Source of the DNA: Thermomonas sp.
Lineage (GTDB): Bacteria > Pseudomonadota > Gammaproteobacteria > Xanthomonadales > Xanthomonadaceae
Direction: 5' to 3'
Assembly (NCBI RefSeq): GCF_041919455.1
Contig: NZ_JAYRTQ010000005.1
Span: forward strand, 33,079 to 97,078
Length of the DNA: 64,000 bases
How positions within the stretch are numbered: position 1 is the first letter of the stretch; every line of letters begins with the position of its first letter. A program made the position numbers and the translations under genes. Under the pieces are notes generated by a model. It did not search any database. It saw only the letters and a list, made by a program, of their open reading frames with translations, and was not told the origin of the DNA. Of the stretch, positions 35,021-44,650 are shown piece after piece.

Positions 35021-35186
35021 CGTCAAGCGGTTTCTGGCGAGGATCCCGCCAGCTCCGTCGTGGAGGCCTGCCGGGTGTGCGTGGATTTCCTACCTAGTCC
35101 CACGGCGCCGCCCGACTGCGCCGGGGCCGGCCGCTATACTCCACTGTCAGTCGTCCGATCCGGACGAAACCGAGTCGAGGAAGAAC

Positions 35187-35714
35187 ATGGCACGCGGCGT
35201 GAACAAGGTGATCCTGGTCGGCAACCTGGGCAACGACCCCGAGGTGAAGTACACGCAGGGCGGCATGGCGATCACCAAGGTCAGCCTGGCCACCAGTTCG
35301 GTCCGCAAGGACAAGGACGGCAACCAGCAGGAAAAGACAGAGTGGCATCGGGTGACCTTCTTCGGCAAGCTCGGCGAGATCGCCGGCGAGTACCTGAAGA
35401 AGGGCTCGCAGGTCTACGTCGAAGGACGGATCACCTACAGCGAGACGACCGGCGACGACGGCCAGAAGCGCTACTTCACCGACATCGTGGCAGACGAGAT
35501 GCAGATGCTCGGCGGCCGTGAAGGCGGTGCCGCGGGTGGTGGCGGTGGCGCGCCGCGCGAAGGCGGCTTCCAGCGCAGTGGCGGGGGAGGCGGCGGCAGC
35601 TACGGCAGCGGCGGCGATCGCCAGCAGCGCGCACCGGCCCAGCGTCGCGATCCCGCGCCGGCCAAGCCGGCCAACTTCGACGACGTGCCGTTCGACGACG
35701 ACATCCCGTTCTGA
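35187..35714 (+). CDS. ssb: single-stranded DNA-binding protein
   Basis: OB-fold N-terminus [19 protein letters not shown]..., Gly-rich linker, acidic tip DDDIPF. Confidence 0.9.
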   Translation: MARGVNKVILVGNLGNDPEVKYTQGGMAITKVSLATSSVRKDKDGNQQEKTEWHRVTFFGKLGEIAGEYLKKGSQVYVEGRITYSETTGDDGQKRYFTDIVADEMQMLGGREGGAAGGGGGAPREGGFQRSGGGGGGSYGSGGDRQQRAPAQRRDPAPAKPANFDDVPFDDDIPF

Positions 35715-35772
35715 TGTGCCGCGGCCTGCCTGGCGGGCCTCCTCATCGCCCAACGCAGGGAAGCTGACAAGC

Positions 35773-36831
35773 ATGACGACGTGGCTCGTGACCGGCGGCG
35801 CCGGTTTCATCGGCGGCAATTTCGTATTGGCTGCCGTGCGCGATGGCATCAAGGTGGTGAACCTGGATGCGCTGACGTATGCGGGCAACCGCGACACCCT
35901 GGCCTCGCTGGACGGCGACGACAATCACGTCTTCGTGCATGGCGACATCGGTGACCGTGCCCTGGTCGCACGGCTGCTGGCCGAATATCGCCCCGACGCG
36001 GTGGTGAATTTCGCCGCGGAAAGCCATGTCGATCGTTCCATCGATGGCCCGGCGGCATTCATCCAGACCAACGTGGTCGGCACCCTGGCCTTGCTGGAAG
36101 CCGTGCGCGACCACTGGAAATCGCTGGAAGGCGAGGCGAAGGGGGCATTCCGCTTCCTGCATGTGTCCACCGACGAGGTCTATGGCTCGCTAGGCGAAAC
36201 CGGCGCCTTCAGCGAGACCACGCCGTACGCGCCCAATTCGCCGTACTCCGCGTCGAAGGCCGCGTCCGATCATCTGGTCCGCGCCTTCCATCACACCTAC
36301 GGCCTACCCACGCTCACCACCAACTGCAGCAACAATTACGGGCCGTACCACTTCCCGGAGAAGCTCATCCCGCTGGTGATCGCCAAGGCGCTGGCCGGCG
36401 AACCGTTGCCCGTCTATGGCGACGGCAAGCAGGTGCGCGACTGGCTGTTCGTCGCCGACCACTGCCGGGCGATCCGCACAGTGCTGGCGAACGGTCGGGT
36501 GGGTGAGACCTACAACGTCGGCGGCAATGCCGAGAAGCAGAACATCGAGGTCGTGCACGCGATCTGCGCGCTGCTCGACCAGCGCCGCCCGCGCGAGGAC
36601 GGACAGCCGCGCGCATCGCAGGTGACGTACGTCGCCGATCGCCCGGGCCACGACCGCCGCTACGCGATCGATGCCTCGAAACTGCGCGGCGAGCTGGGTT
36701 GGGCGCCGGAATACACCTTCGAGCGCGGCATCGCCGAAACCGTGGACTGGTATCTCGCCCACCAGGACTGGGTCCGGCGCGTGCTCGACGGCTCGTATCG
36801 GCTGGAACGCATCGGGCGAGGCGGCGCGTGA
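35773..36831 (+). CDS. rmlB: dTDP-glucose 4,6-dehydratase
   Basis: [17 protein letters not shown]..., YxxxK SDR-extended motifs. Confidence 0.9.
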   Translation: MTTWLVTGGAGFIGGNFVLAAVRDGIKVVNLDALTYAGNRDTLASLDGDDNHVFVHGDIGDRALVARLLAEYRPDAVVNFAAESHVDRSIDGPAAFIQTNVVGTLALLEAVRDHWKSLEGEAKGAFRFLHVSTDEVYGSLGETGAFSETTPYAPNSPYSASKAASDHLVRAFHHTYGLPTLTTNCSNNYGPYHFPEKLIPLVIAKALAGEPLPVYGDGKQVRDWLFVADHCRAIRTVLANGRVGETYNVGGNAEKQNIEVVHAICALLDQRRPREDGQPRASQVTYVADRPGHDRRYAIDASKLRGELGWAPEYTFERGIAETVDWYLAHQDWVRRVLDGSYRLERIGRGGA

Positions 36832-36955
36832 CAGCGGACGCCACCAAGGCGTCTGCCGTACCGCCGAGCGCCCTGCCGTGGATGGCCGGGCAGGGTTGTC
36901 GCGAGGCGAATTTGCCACGCCATGGATGGCAACGAATCAATGCGGAGTCGCACTG

Positions 36956-37840
36956 ATGCAACGCAAGGGCATCATCCTGGCCGGTGGTTCCGGCACGCGG
37001 CTGTATCCGATCACCAAGGCGGTCAGCAAGCAGCTGCTGCCGGTGTTCGACAAGCCGATGATCTATTACCCGCTCAGCGTGTTGATGCTGGCCGGCATCC
37101 GCGAGGTGCTGGTCATCAACACCCCGCATGAGCAGGCCCTGTTCCAACACCTGTTGGGCGACGGCTCGCAGTGGGGGATGACGATCGAGTACGCCGCGCA
37201 ACCCAGCCCGGACGGCTTGGCGCAGGCGTTCCTGATCGGCCGCGAGTTCCTCGCCGGCGGCCCCAGTTGCCTGGTGCTGGGCGACAACATCTTCCACGGC
37301 CACGGCCTGACCGAGCTGTTGAAGCGGGCCGATGCACGCGCCGATGGCGCGACCGTGTTCGGCTACTGGGTGCGCGATCCGGAGCGTTACGGTGTGGCCG
37401 AATTCGATGCGGCCGGCAAGGTCGTCGGGCTCGAAGAAAAGCCCGCGCAGCCCAAGTCGAGCTATGCGGTCACCGGCCTGTATTTCTACGACGGCCGTGC
37501 CAGCGATTTCGCGGCGGGCCTGACGCCTTCGCCGCGCGGCGAATTGGAGATCACCGACCTCAATCGCTGCTATCTCGACGATGGCTCGCTGCAACTGGAA
37601 AAGATGGGCCGCGGCTACGCCTGGCTCGACACCGGCACGCACGAGTCGCTGGTCGAGGCCTCGACCTTCATCGAGACCATCGAGAAGCGCCAGGGCCTGC
37701 GGGTGAGCTGCCCGGAGGAAATCGCCTACTTCAACGGCTGGATCGATGCCGACCAGTTGCGCGAACTCGCACGGCCGCTGGCCAAGAACGGCTATGGCCA
37801 GTACCTGCTCGGCCTGCTCGAACACGGGCGCGTCGAATGA
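36956..37840 (+). CDS. rmlA: glucose-1-phosphate thymidylyltransferase
   Basis: [20 protein letters not shown]... 125-bp spacer after rmlB. Confidence 0.9.
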   Translation: MQRKGIILAGGSGTRLYPITKAVSKQLLPVFDKPMIYYPLSVLMLAGIREVLVINTPHEQALFQHLLGDGSQWGMTIEYAAQPSPDGLAQAFLIGREFLAGGPSCLVLGDNIFHGHGLTELLKRADARADGATVFGYWVRDPERYGVAEFDAAGKVVGLEEKPAQPKSSYAVTGLYFYDGRASDFAAGLTPSPRGELEITDLNRCYLDDGSLQLEKMGRGYAWLDTGTHESLVEASTFIETIEKRQGLRVSCPEEIAYFNGWIDADQLRELARPLAKNGYGQYLLGLLEHGRVE

Positions 37841-38400
37841 AGGTGATCAAGACCAGGCTGCCGGGCTGCGTGGTGATCGAACCGGCGGTGTTCGGCGACG
37901 AACGCGGCTTCTTCTACGAAGGCTGGAATGCCGCACGCTTCGCCGAGCATGGCTTGCCCACGCAGTTCGTCCAGCACAACGTCTCGCGCTCGCAGCGTGG
38001 CGTGCTGCGCGGCCTGCATTACCAGTGGCCCGACAGCGTGCAGGGCAAGCTGGTCAGCGTGCTCGAAGGCGAGGTCTACGACGTCGCCGTCGACATCCGC
38101 CAGGGCTCGCCCACGTTCGGGCAGCACGCGGCGGCACTCCTGAGCGCGGACAACAAGCGTCATTTCTGGATCCCGGAAGGATTCGCGCACGGCTTCCTCA
38201 CGCTCAGCGAGAGCGCCGTGTTCACCTATCTCTGCACTGCGCCCTACGACCGCGCCAGCGACAACTCGCTGCGCTGGGACGACCCGCAACTCGCCATCGA
38301 CTGGCCACTGGCGGAGGCATCGCTGTCGCCCAAGGATGCGGTTGCGCCCCTGCTTGCGGACCTCGCGGCGGAGCGCCTGCCGGTCTACATCGCACCGTGA
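37837..38400 (+). CDS. rmlC: dTDP-4-dehydrorhamnose 3,5-epimerase
   Basis: [26 protein letters not shown]... cupin. ATGA overlap. Confidence 0.9.
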   Translation: MKVIKTRLPGCVVIEPAVFGDERGFFYEGWNAARFAEHGLPTQFVQHNVSRSQRGVLRGLHYQWPDSVQGKLVSVLEGEVYDVAVDIRQGSPTFGQHAAALLSADNKRHFWIPEGFAHGFLTLSESAVFTYLCTAPYDRASDNSLRWDDPQLAIDWPLAEASLSPKDAVAPLLADLAAERLPVYIAP

Positions 38401-39287
38401 AACTGCTGTTGCTCGGCGGCAATGGCCAGGTCGGTCGCGAACTGCGGCGCAGCCTGGCGCCGCTCGGCGAACTCGTCGTCGCCACCCGCGACGGCAAGGA
38501 TGCGGATGTCGCTGCTGATTTCGATGCACCGGCATCACTCGCCGCCGTGATCGCGCAGGTCGCGCCGGACGTGGTGGTGAATGCCGCCGCCTACACCGCC
38601 GTCGACAAGGCCGAGGGCGACATCGAAGCCGCGTTCCGCGCCAATGCCGAAGCGCCTGCGGCCATCGCCGACGCATGCGCCGCGAGCGGTGCGCTGCTGG
38701 TGCATTACTCGACCGACTACGTGTTCGATGGCGGGGCATCGCAGCCGTATCGCGAGGACGACGCCACCGCTCCGCTCGGCGTGTACGGCGCCAGCAAGCT
38801 GGCAGGCGAGGACGCGATCCGCGCCAGCGGCGCGCGCCACGTGATCCTGCGCACGGCCTGGGTGTATGCCTCGCATGGCAGGAATTTCCTGTTGACGATG
38901 CTGCGGCTGGCGAATGAGCGCGACGAACTGCGCGTGGTCGCCGACCAGGTCGGTGCGCCGACGTCCGCCGCGTGGATCGCCGATGCGACCGCGGACCTCA
39001 TTCTTCATGGCGTGACCGAGGCCGGCACCTGGCACCTGGTCGCCGCGGGGCAAACCAGTTGGCATGGGTTCGCCAGCGCGATCATGGAGGACGCGCATGC
39101 GCTCGGGTTGCTCGCGCGCATGCCGAGGGTGGTGCCGATCGCGACCGCGGAATTCCCGACGCCGGCCAAGCGGCCCGCTTACTCGGTGCTGGACACGACG
39201 CAGCTGCGTGAGGATTTCGGCATCGTGCCGCCGGCGTGGCGTGAGGGTTTGCGCGCGACCTTGCGGGGACTCGTCAGGTCCGCGTAG
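38397..39287 (+). CDS. rmlD: dTDP-4-dehydrorhamnose reductase
   Basis: [16 protein letters not shown]... GTGA overlap. Confidence 0.85.
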   Translation: MKLLLLGGNGQVGRELRRSLAPLGELVVATRDGKDADVAADFDAPASLAAVIAQVAPDVVVNAAAYTAVDKAEGDIEAAFRANAEAPAAIADACAASGALLVHYSTDYVFDGGASQPYREDDATAPLGVYGASKLAGEDAIRASGARHVILRTAWVYASHGRNFLLTMLRLANERDELRVVADQVGAPTSAAWIADATADLILHGVTEAGTWHLVAAGQTSWHGFASAIMEDAHALGLLARMPRVVPIATAEFPTPAKRPAYSVLDTTQLREDFGIVPPAWREGLRATLRGLVRSA

Positions 39288-39289
39288 CG

Positions 39290-39425
39290 GAAATGGGGTC
39301 AGAGTGAAGTTTTGCGACCGGCATTCGCGAACGATGCTGACGACATCGACGCAAAATTCACTCTGACCCCATTTCCGGGATGCCCATGTGCTGCGCCCGC
39401 AAAACTCTACTCTGACCCCATTTTT
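39290..39425. repeat. large imperfect palindrome (27-bp arms) plus third direct copy at rml cluster boundary (REP/MITE-like)
   Basis: GGAAATGGGGTCAGAGTGAAGTTTTGCG (39290-39317) and CGCAAAATTCACTCTGACCCCATTTCC (39351-39377) form a 27/28 stem with a 33-nt loop. Third copy GCAAAACTCTACTCTGACCCCATTTTT (39399-39425) overlaps the stop of the convergent acyltransferase gene. Confidence 0.6.
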
Positions 39426-40447
39426 CGCTTCCAACGAAGCGCCGGCTGCTCGATCGCGAACCACGACGCCGCCGCCAACGTACCGGCCAGCAACGTCGCC
39501 CACAGCACGTTGTGCATCGGCCCACCCGGCGAAAACTGCTGCACCAGTTGCGCCGCCGGCCAGCCGTACAGATACAGGCCGTAGGACAGGTCGTTGCGAC
39601 GGATCAGCGGCAGCGTCGGCACGAAGGCCAGCCACAGCGTGCCGTAGCAGGCGATGGCGAAGTAGGGCAGGTGGAACCACGGCGTGCCGCGCGCAAGCAA
39701 GGCGATGCCCAGCAACGCGACCAACGGCCAGGCGCCCAGGCGGATGCGTTCGCGATGCAGCCAGCACAGGGTGCCGGTGATGAAGAAGGCCGTGCACCAG
39801 ACATAATTCGCCAGCCATTCGGGCAGCGGGTTGCGCCACGCGGCGAAGGCATACGCCGCGGCCATCGCGATTGCCCACAACGGCGTGTAGCGACGCGCGG
39901 TGAGGACGCCGAGCAGGCTGGCCACCAGCAAGGCCAGGTAGAGCCGCGCCTCGATCGGCAGTGTCCACAGCGAGCCGTTCACCGCCTGCTGCGGCAGCGC
40001 CTGAAACACGCCGGGCAGCGTGTACCGGCTCGCCCACAGCGAACTGTTCGCCCACAGGTAGTCCCACGTCATCGGATCGCGCCAGTAGTCGTCCGCGGTG
40101 GTCAGCAGCGGCCCGAGCACGAACACGCTGAGCGCCACGCACACCACCAGCGCCGGCAGGATCCGCAGCGCGCGTGAGGCCAGGTAGCTGCGCACATCGT
40201 TGCGGGCGAGGCTCGCCGCGATCAGGAACCCGCTGATGAAGAAGAACACGTCCACCGCCACGCCGCCGGCGAACTTGAACCGGGTGAGGTGCGTGACGAG
40301 GTCGCCTCCCGCGCTGCCGGTGATCGCCCACGCATGGCCGTAGATCACCAGCCACGCCGCGAACAGGCGGATCAGGTTGAAGTTGTTGCGGCCGCTGCTC
40401 CAGGCATCGGCGAGGGCGATCGACCTCATGCCGAGGCGAATCGCCAA
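39407..40447 (-). CDS. acyltransferase family 3 (OafA/YrhL-type O-acyltransferase) membrane protein
   Basis: ~10 TM helices. Motifs ...RLFAAWLVIYGH... Alternative ATG at 40429. Confidence 0.75.
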   Translation of the reverse strand: MAIRLGMRSIALADAWSSGRNNFNLIRLFAAWLVIYGHAWAITGSAGGDLVTHLTRFKFAGGVAVDVFFFISGFLIAASLARNDVRSYLASRALRILPALVVCVALSVFVLGPLLTTADDYWRDPMTWDYLWANSSLWASRYTLPGVFQALPQQAVNGSLWTLPIEARLYLALLVASLLGVLTARRYTPLWAIAMAAAYAFAAWRNPLPEWLANYVWCTAFFITGTLCWLHRERIRLGAWPLVALLGIALLARGTPWFHLPYFAIACYGTLWLAFVPTLPLIRRNDLSYGLYLYGWPAAQLVQQFSPGGPMHNVLWATLLAGTLAAASWFAIEQPALRWKRKMGSE

Positions 40448-41244
40448 TGCCAGGGCTCATGCACGATCCCGTGCGGGTTGCCGCGCGGATAGCTCATGGC
40501 GAACCCGTGGCCGCCGGCATGCGCCTGCAGCCATTCGAATGCGGGTGTTGCCTCGAACGATTCTTCGGCAGGCGGTTCGCCGGGCGTGCCGATGTCGAGC
40601 GCACAACCGCCGTGGTGCTCGGAATAGCCGGGGGCGGCATTCACGGCCAGGATGTCGTCGATCGACAGGCCACGCGCAAGCTTGCGGTCGAAGATGCCCA
40701 GTTGGTAATCGTGGCTGCGGTAGCCGGAGATCGCGTCCAGCAGGACGTCGTCGCGCGCCGCCGCATCGTGCATGCGCAACCACGCGCGGGCGGCATCGAT
40801 GCGCAGCCACAGCGCGCGCCGGTAGCGATCGAACCCGGCGAACGCGAGCCAGTCGGGTTCGGCGACGAGCGCCAGGCCGGTGCGTGCCTCGTAGGCGTCG
40901 GCATCGATGCCGAGCGCGTCCAGTCGTTCCTGCAGGCGGTGCAACGGAAGTTCGCCGACGTGGTCGATGCCGTTGCGCGTACCCAGCGGCGATGCCTCGA
41001 GCGCGTCAAGTGCGGCGTCCAGCCCCGGCTCGCGTTGCAATCCCGGCAGCAGCGGCAGCAGACCTTCGGAAAGATCGGCTGCCAGGTAGGCGCCATCGCG
41101 CTTGCGCCGCAACACATGCCGCGCACGCGACAGCGCCCGTGCATCGTGGTTGCTGCGCGCGCGCAGAAGACCGCCGGGCCAGAGTTCGATGTCCGGCGTG
41201 TTGAGCAGGACGGCCTTCAGCGGAACGGGGGGCGTGCGTGGCAT
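40426..41244 (-). CDS. M15-family D-Ala-D-Ala carboxypeptidase (VanY-like)
   Basis: SEHHGGCALDIG (SxHxxGxAxD zinc-site motif) and C-terminal ...EPWHWRF. Confidence 0.7.
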   Translation of the reverse strand: MPRTPPVPLKAVLLNTPDIELWPGGLLRARSNHDARALSRARHVLRRKRDGAYLAADLSEGLLPLLPGLQREPGLDAALDALEASPLGTRNGIDHVGELPLHRLQERLDALGIDADAYEARTGLALVAEPDWLAFAGFDRYRRALWLRIDAARAWLRMHDAAARDDVLLDAISGYRSHDYQLGIFDRKLARGLSIDDILAVNAAPGYSEHHGGCALDIGTPGEPPAEESFEATPAFEWLQAHAGGHGFAMSYPRGNPHGIVHEPWHWRFASA

Positions 41245-41275
41245 CCGCGAAGCATAGGCCGTGACTGCCCCGGCG

Positions 41276-41824
41276 TCAGCCGCGCGAGGCCTTGAGCGCG
41301 TCCAGGAGTGCCTGCGGCTGCTCCAGGCTGAGCAGCATCTGATCCTTGCCGTCGCGCAGCGGCAGCCACAGCACGCGGTGGCGATCGGTGAGCAGGCAGA
41401 AGGCCCTGCCGAATTTCTCGCGCAGGCGGAAGCGGCCGGCGTGGAAGCCCGGCATCGACATGCCGCCCGTCTTGACGACCGGGCGCAGTTCGGTGCGTTC
41501 GGCGAGGTCGACGACGCGGGCGCGCTCCAGGTCCAGTTGCGCGACGGCGACGCGTTGGCGGAACAGGGCGGCGCGTACCTCCAGCACGCCGTCGTGCAGT
41601 TCGACCACGCGGCGTTTCATCGCGGCCAGGAGCATCGCGAAGACCAACGGCACGATCACCAGCACCGGGACGATCCCGGCCGTCCGCAGCTGCTCGCCGG
41701 AGAGATGCATGCCGACGACGATTCCCAGCGGCAGCAGCACGCCCATTCCGGCCAGCCACAGCCATGCATATGCAGGCGGCGGGGTGACCGCGAACGAACG
41801 TGATGCCGGTGGCGCAGGCTTCAT
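41276..41824 (-). CDS. membrane protein with bacterial PH-like domain (YdbS/YdbT-like)
   Basis: Two N-terminal TM helices, then soluble domain. 182 aa. Confidence 0.45.
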   Translation of the reverse strand: MKPAPPASRSFAVTPPPAYAWLWLAGMGVLLPLGIVVGMHLSGEQLRTAGIVPVLVIVPLVFAMLLAAMKRRVVELHDGVLEVRAALFRQRVAVAQLDLERARVVDLAERTELRPVVKTGGMSMPGFHAGRFRLREKFGRAFCLLTDRHRVLWLPLRDGKDQMLLSLEQPQALLDALKASRG

Positions 41825-41827
41825 GGC

Positions 41828-43222
41828 TCAGCGCGCCTTGATCCACGCGGCCACGTCGTCGATGAGCGTTGCATCGACGTGGTTGGGCTGCTGGTATTCG
41901 GCCAGGGTGCCATCGCCTTCGCCGGGCATGGCGAGGTGGTTGAGCGTCTCGTAGAGCTTGAAGCTGACCTTCGGGTCGGCATGGAACGCACCGCGCCAGC
42001 CCTGCCAGTCGGCATCGACCACCTGGATGTCGCGCGCACCCTGCAGCACCAGCATCGGCAAGCCGACCGACTTCGCTTCGGCGACCGGATCCACGCTGTC
42101 GATGCTGCGCCAGTAACCCGCCGGCAGGCCCATCACGGTCTTCGTCGCGGGGTCGGTCGCGGCATCGCGGGTGATGCGCACCTGCTGGATGATCGCGGTG
42201 ATTGCGTCGCGTTCGGCGTCGCTGGTCTTGCCATCGTCGAGCACGGCGAGGCGGCGGTTCTGTTCGATGACGATGTCGAGCAGCGACCGCGCCGGTGCGG
42301 CCAGCAGCACCAGCCCGGCGACGTGGCCGGAGACCGCGGCGATCCGCGGCGCCATCATCCCGCCCTGGCTGTGGCCGAGCACGAACACGCGCTTCGGGTC
42401 GATGCCGTCGATGCCGCGCAGGGTGGCCACCGCCTGCACCGCGTCGTTGGTGGTTTCCTCGTCCACGCCGAACATGCCGCTGGCAAAGTCCTGGGGACGC
42501 GCCTTGGAGCGCTTCTCGTAGCGCAGCACGGCGATGCCCTGCGCGGCCAGGCCGCGGGCGATGTCGAGGAAGGGCTTGTTCGGGCCGATGGTTTCGTCGC
42601 GGTCGTGCGGACCGGAGCCGTGCACCAGCACCACGGCGGGGAACGAACCATCGCCTTTCGGCAGCGCCAGCGTGGCGGGCAGGGCGCGGTCGTCGCCGCC
42701 GACCATGACCTCGCGCTCGCTGAAGCTCGCATCCTCGGCCACCGGGGGCGCGGAAGCCGGCGCCGCCGCGGCCTGCGCGGGCTGGATCATGAAGCCAACG
42801 ATCTTGCCGCCGCCTTCAATGGCGAATTTCGCCATCAGTTCGGCCTTCTCGAAATGCAACGGCACCTGGACCAGCGTGCTGCCTGCCTGTTCCATCGTTT
42901 GCGCGTCGCCGCGGCCGGTCGCCTTGCCGACCTGCGCCGGCAGCGATTCCCATACCGCCTTCAGCTTGTCTGCAGGCACGGCCTTGGCCATGTCGGCATC
43001 GAACATCGCCTCGACCTGGGCGTATTCGCCGGCATCCATGTGGTCGAGCGCGCGGATGGCGATGGCCTTGCCATCGACCGCCTGTGCACGCGCCGGCAGC
43101 GACATCGCGAGGCCTGCGCCCAGGGCGAGCAGCAACAGCGAGGCGATGGCGATGCGGCCGACCAACTGGCGACCGCGTGCCGGGCCGTAACGGCGTTCGA
43201 TCATGTGGACGATGTGCAGCAT
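41828..43222 (-). CDS. secreted alpha/beta-hydrolase (S9/DLH-like)
   Basis: Signal peptide. GHSQGG nucleophile elbow. ~464 aa from MLHIVHMIERRYG. Confidence 0.7.
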   Translation of the reverse strand: MLHIVHMIERRYGPARGRQLVGRIAIASLLLLALGAGLAMSLPARAQAVDGKAIAIRALDHMDAGEYAQVEAMFDADMAKAVPADKLKAVWESLPAQVGKATGRGDAQTMEQAGSTLVQVPLHFEKAELMAKFAIEGGGKIVGFMIQPAQAAAAPASAPPVAEDASFSEREVMVGGDDRALPATLALPKGDGSFPAVVLVHGSGPHDRDETIGPNKPFLDIARGLAAQGIAVLRYEKRSKARPQDFASGMFGVDEETTNDAVQAVATLRGIDGIDPKRVFVLGHSQGGMMAPRIAAVSGHVAGLVLLAAPARSLLDIVIEQNRRLAVLDDGKTSDAERDAITAIIQQVRITRDAATDPATKTVMGLPAGYWRSIDSVDPVAEAKSVGLPMLVLQGARDIQVVDADWQGWRGAFHADPKVSFKLYETLNHLAMPGEGDGTLAEYQQPNHVDATLIDDVAAWIKAR

Positions 43223-43257
43223 GTGGTTCTCCCCGGATGTGCGTGGATCGTCGGCGC

Positions 43258-43428
43258 TCAGGCCGGCTTCTTGAGGTAGAGGACGGTCGAGGCGGCGACC
43301 TGGGTCACCGAGACCAGTTCCCAGCCCAGTTGCCCGAGCGGTGCGATCAGTTCCTCGATCTTCTTGGGCTTCAGCCCCATCCACTGGGTGATCTCGACCA
43401 CCTTGTAGTGCCAGCGCGTGCTCGTCAT
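43258..43428 (-). CDS. DUF4177-like small protein
   Basis: Own translation [60 protein letters not shown] overlap with upstream Arc-like gene. Confidence 0.45.
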   Translation of the reverse strand: MTSTRWHYKVVEITQWMGLKPKKIEELIAPLGQLGWELVSVTQVAASTVLYLKKPA

Positions 43429-43604
43429 GAGGCGTCTTCCTTCTTCGATGGCGTAGTGGGCAGCCGCCCGGCCTTGCGCAGCGCATCGCGCAGCACGTAT
43501 TCGATCTGCGCGTTGAGGCTGCGGAGTTCGTCGTCGGCCCAGCGCTGCGCCGCCGCCAGGACGTCGGCGTTGATGCGCAGCGGATAGGCCTTCTTCTCGC
43601 TCAC
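43425..43604 (-). CDS. Arc-family ribbon-helix-helix DNA-binding protein
   Basis: [48 protein letters not shown]: beta-strand then two helices, typical Arc/MetJ. Confidence 0.55.
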   Translation of the reverse strand: MSEKKAYPLRINADVLAAAQRWADDELRSLNAQIEYVLRDALRKAGRLPTTPSKKEDAS

Positions 43605-43617
43605 GGTCGTGCCGGGC

Positions 43618-44493
43618 TCAGTACAGCGAGCCGGTGTTGACGATCGGCTGGGTGCTGCGCTCGCCGCAGAGCACGACCAGCAGGTTGCTGACCATCTGCG
43701 CCTTGCGCTCCTCGTCCAGTTGCACGACGCCGTTCTTCTGCAACTCGGCCAGGGCCATCTCGACCATGCCCACCGCGCCGGCGACGATCCGCGTGCGCGC
43801 GGCGATGATCGCGTTGGCCTGCTGGCGCTGCAGCATCGCTTGGGCGATTTCCGGTGCGTAGGCGAGGTGGCTGATGCGTGCGTCCAGCACTTCGATGCCG
43901 GCATCGGCCAGGCGTTCCTGCAGTTCCTGCTTCAGGTGCGCGCCGACTTCATTGGCGTGGCTGCGCAGGGCGAGTTGGCCGTCCTCGTGCTGGTCGTAGG
44001 GATAGCTGGTGGCCATCGCGCGCAGGGCGGACTCGGCCTGGATGTGCACGAAGCTCTCGTAGTCGTCGACGTTGTAGACCGCCTCCGATGCGTCCACCAC
44101 CTGCCACACGATCACCGATGCGATCTCGATCGGGCTGCCGTCCAGCTCGTTGACCTTGAGCTTGCCGCTCTCGAAGTTGCGGATGCGTTGGCTGATCTTC
44201 TTCTTGCCGAAGAACGGGTTGTTCCAGCGCAGGCCGTTTTCCTTGACCGTGCCGACGTACTTGCCGAACAGGCTGATCACCGCGGCCTGGTTGGGCTGCA
44301 CCGTGTACAGGCCGATCAGGCTGAGGAAGGCGATCGTGCCCAGCAGGACCCCGGAGAGGATCTTGACCGGGGACGGCTCGCCGCCGCCCGCGCCCACGCC
44401 GGTCAGGAACAGCCACGCGGCGACGGCGGATGCGGCCAGGACGCCCAGCAGGAACGGAATGCCGGGAAGGGAGTGGATGGGGTTTTCTTTCAT
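43618..44493 (-). CDS. SPFH/band-7 (stomatin/HflC-like) membrane protein
   Basis: N-terminal TM then SPFH domain. 291 aa. Confidence 0.8.
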   Translation of the reverse strand: MKENPIHSLPGIPFLLGVLAASAVAAWLFLTGVGAGGGEPSPVKILSGVLLGTIAFLSLIGLYTVQPNQAAVISLFGKYVGTVKENGLRWNNPFFGKKKISQRIRNFESGKLKVNELDGSPIEIASVIVWQVVDASEAVYNVDDYESFVHIQAESALRAMATSYPYDQHEDGQLALRSHANEVGAHLKQELQERLADAGIEVLDARISHLAYAPEIAQAMLQRQQANAIIAARTRIVAGAVGMVEMALAELQKNGVVQLDEERKAQMVSNLLVVLCGERSTQPIVNTGSLY

Positions 44494-44537
44494 GGCGGCG
44501 TCTCGTCATGGCAGCCCGGAATGGGCGCTTGAGTGAA

Positions 44538-44558
44538 TTGATATCAAATTGATATCAA
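44538..44558. promoter_or_regulatory. two tandem perfect 10-bp palindromes TTGATATCAA upstream of SPFH-Arc-DUF4177 operon
   Basis: TTGATATCAA A TTGATATCAA in an AT-rich patch 45-65 nt upstream of the SPFH start codon. Confidence 0.4.
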
Positions 44559-44650
44559 TCATTCTACTGTGGGCCGACGAACGGCTTGGCATGCTGACCG
44601 AGGCAGTCAGGCGCGCTTGACTGCCTCCGTCCCCATTTCGCCTGCGTCGA

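Noticed and set aside
35027-35186. LexA box upstream of ssb
   Set aside because: No CTGT-N8-ACAG or Xanthomonas-type TTAG...CTAA dyad seen.
36832-36955. 125-bp gap inside the rmlB-rmlA operon with GGATGGC direct repeats
   Set aside because: Short and low-complexity. The only ORF there (36699-36956) is an Arg-rich shadow. Probably just an internal spacer.
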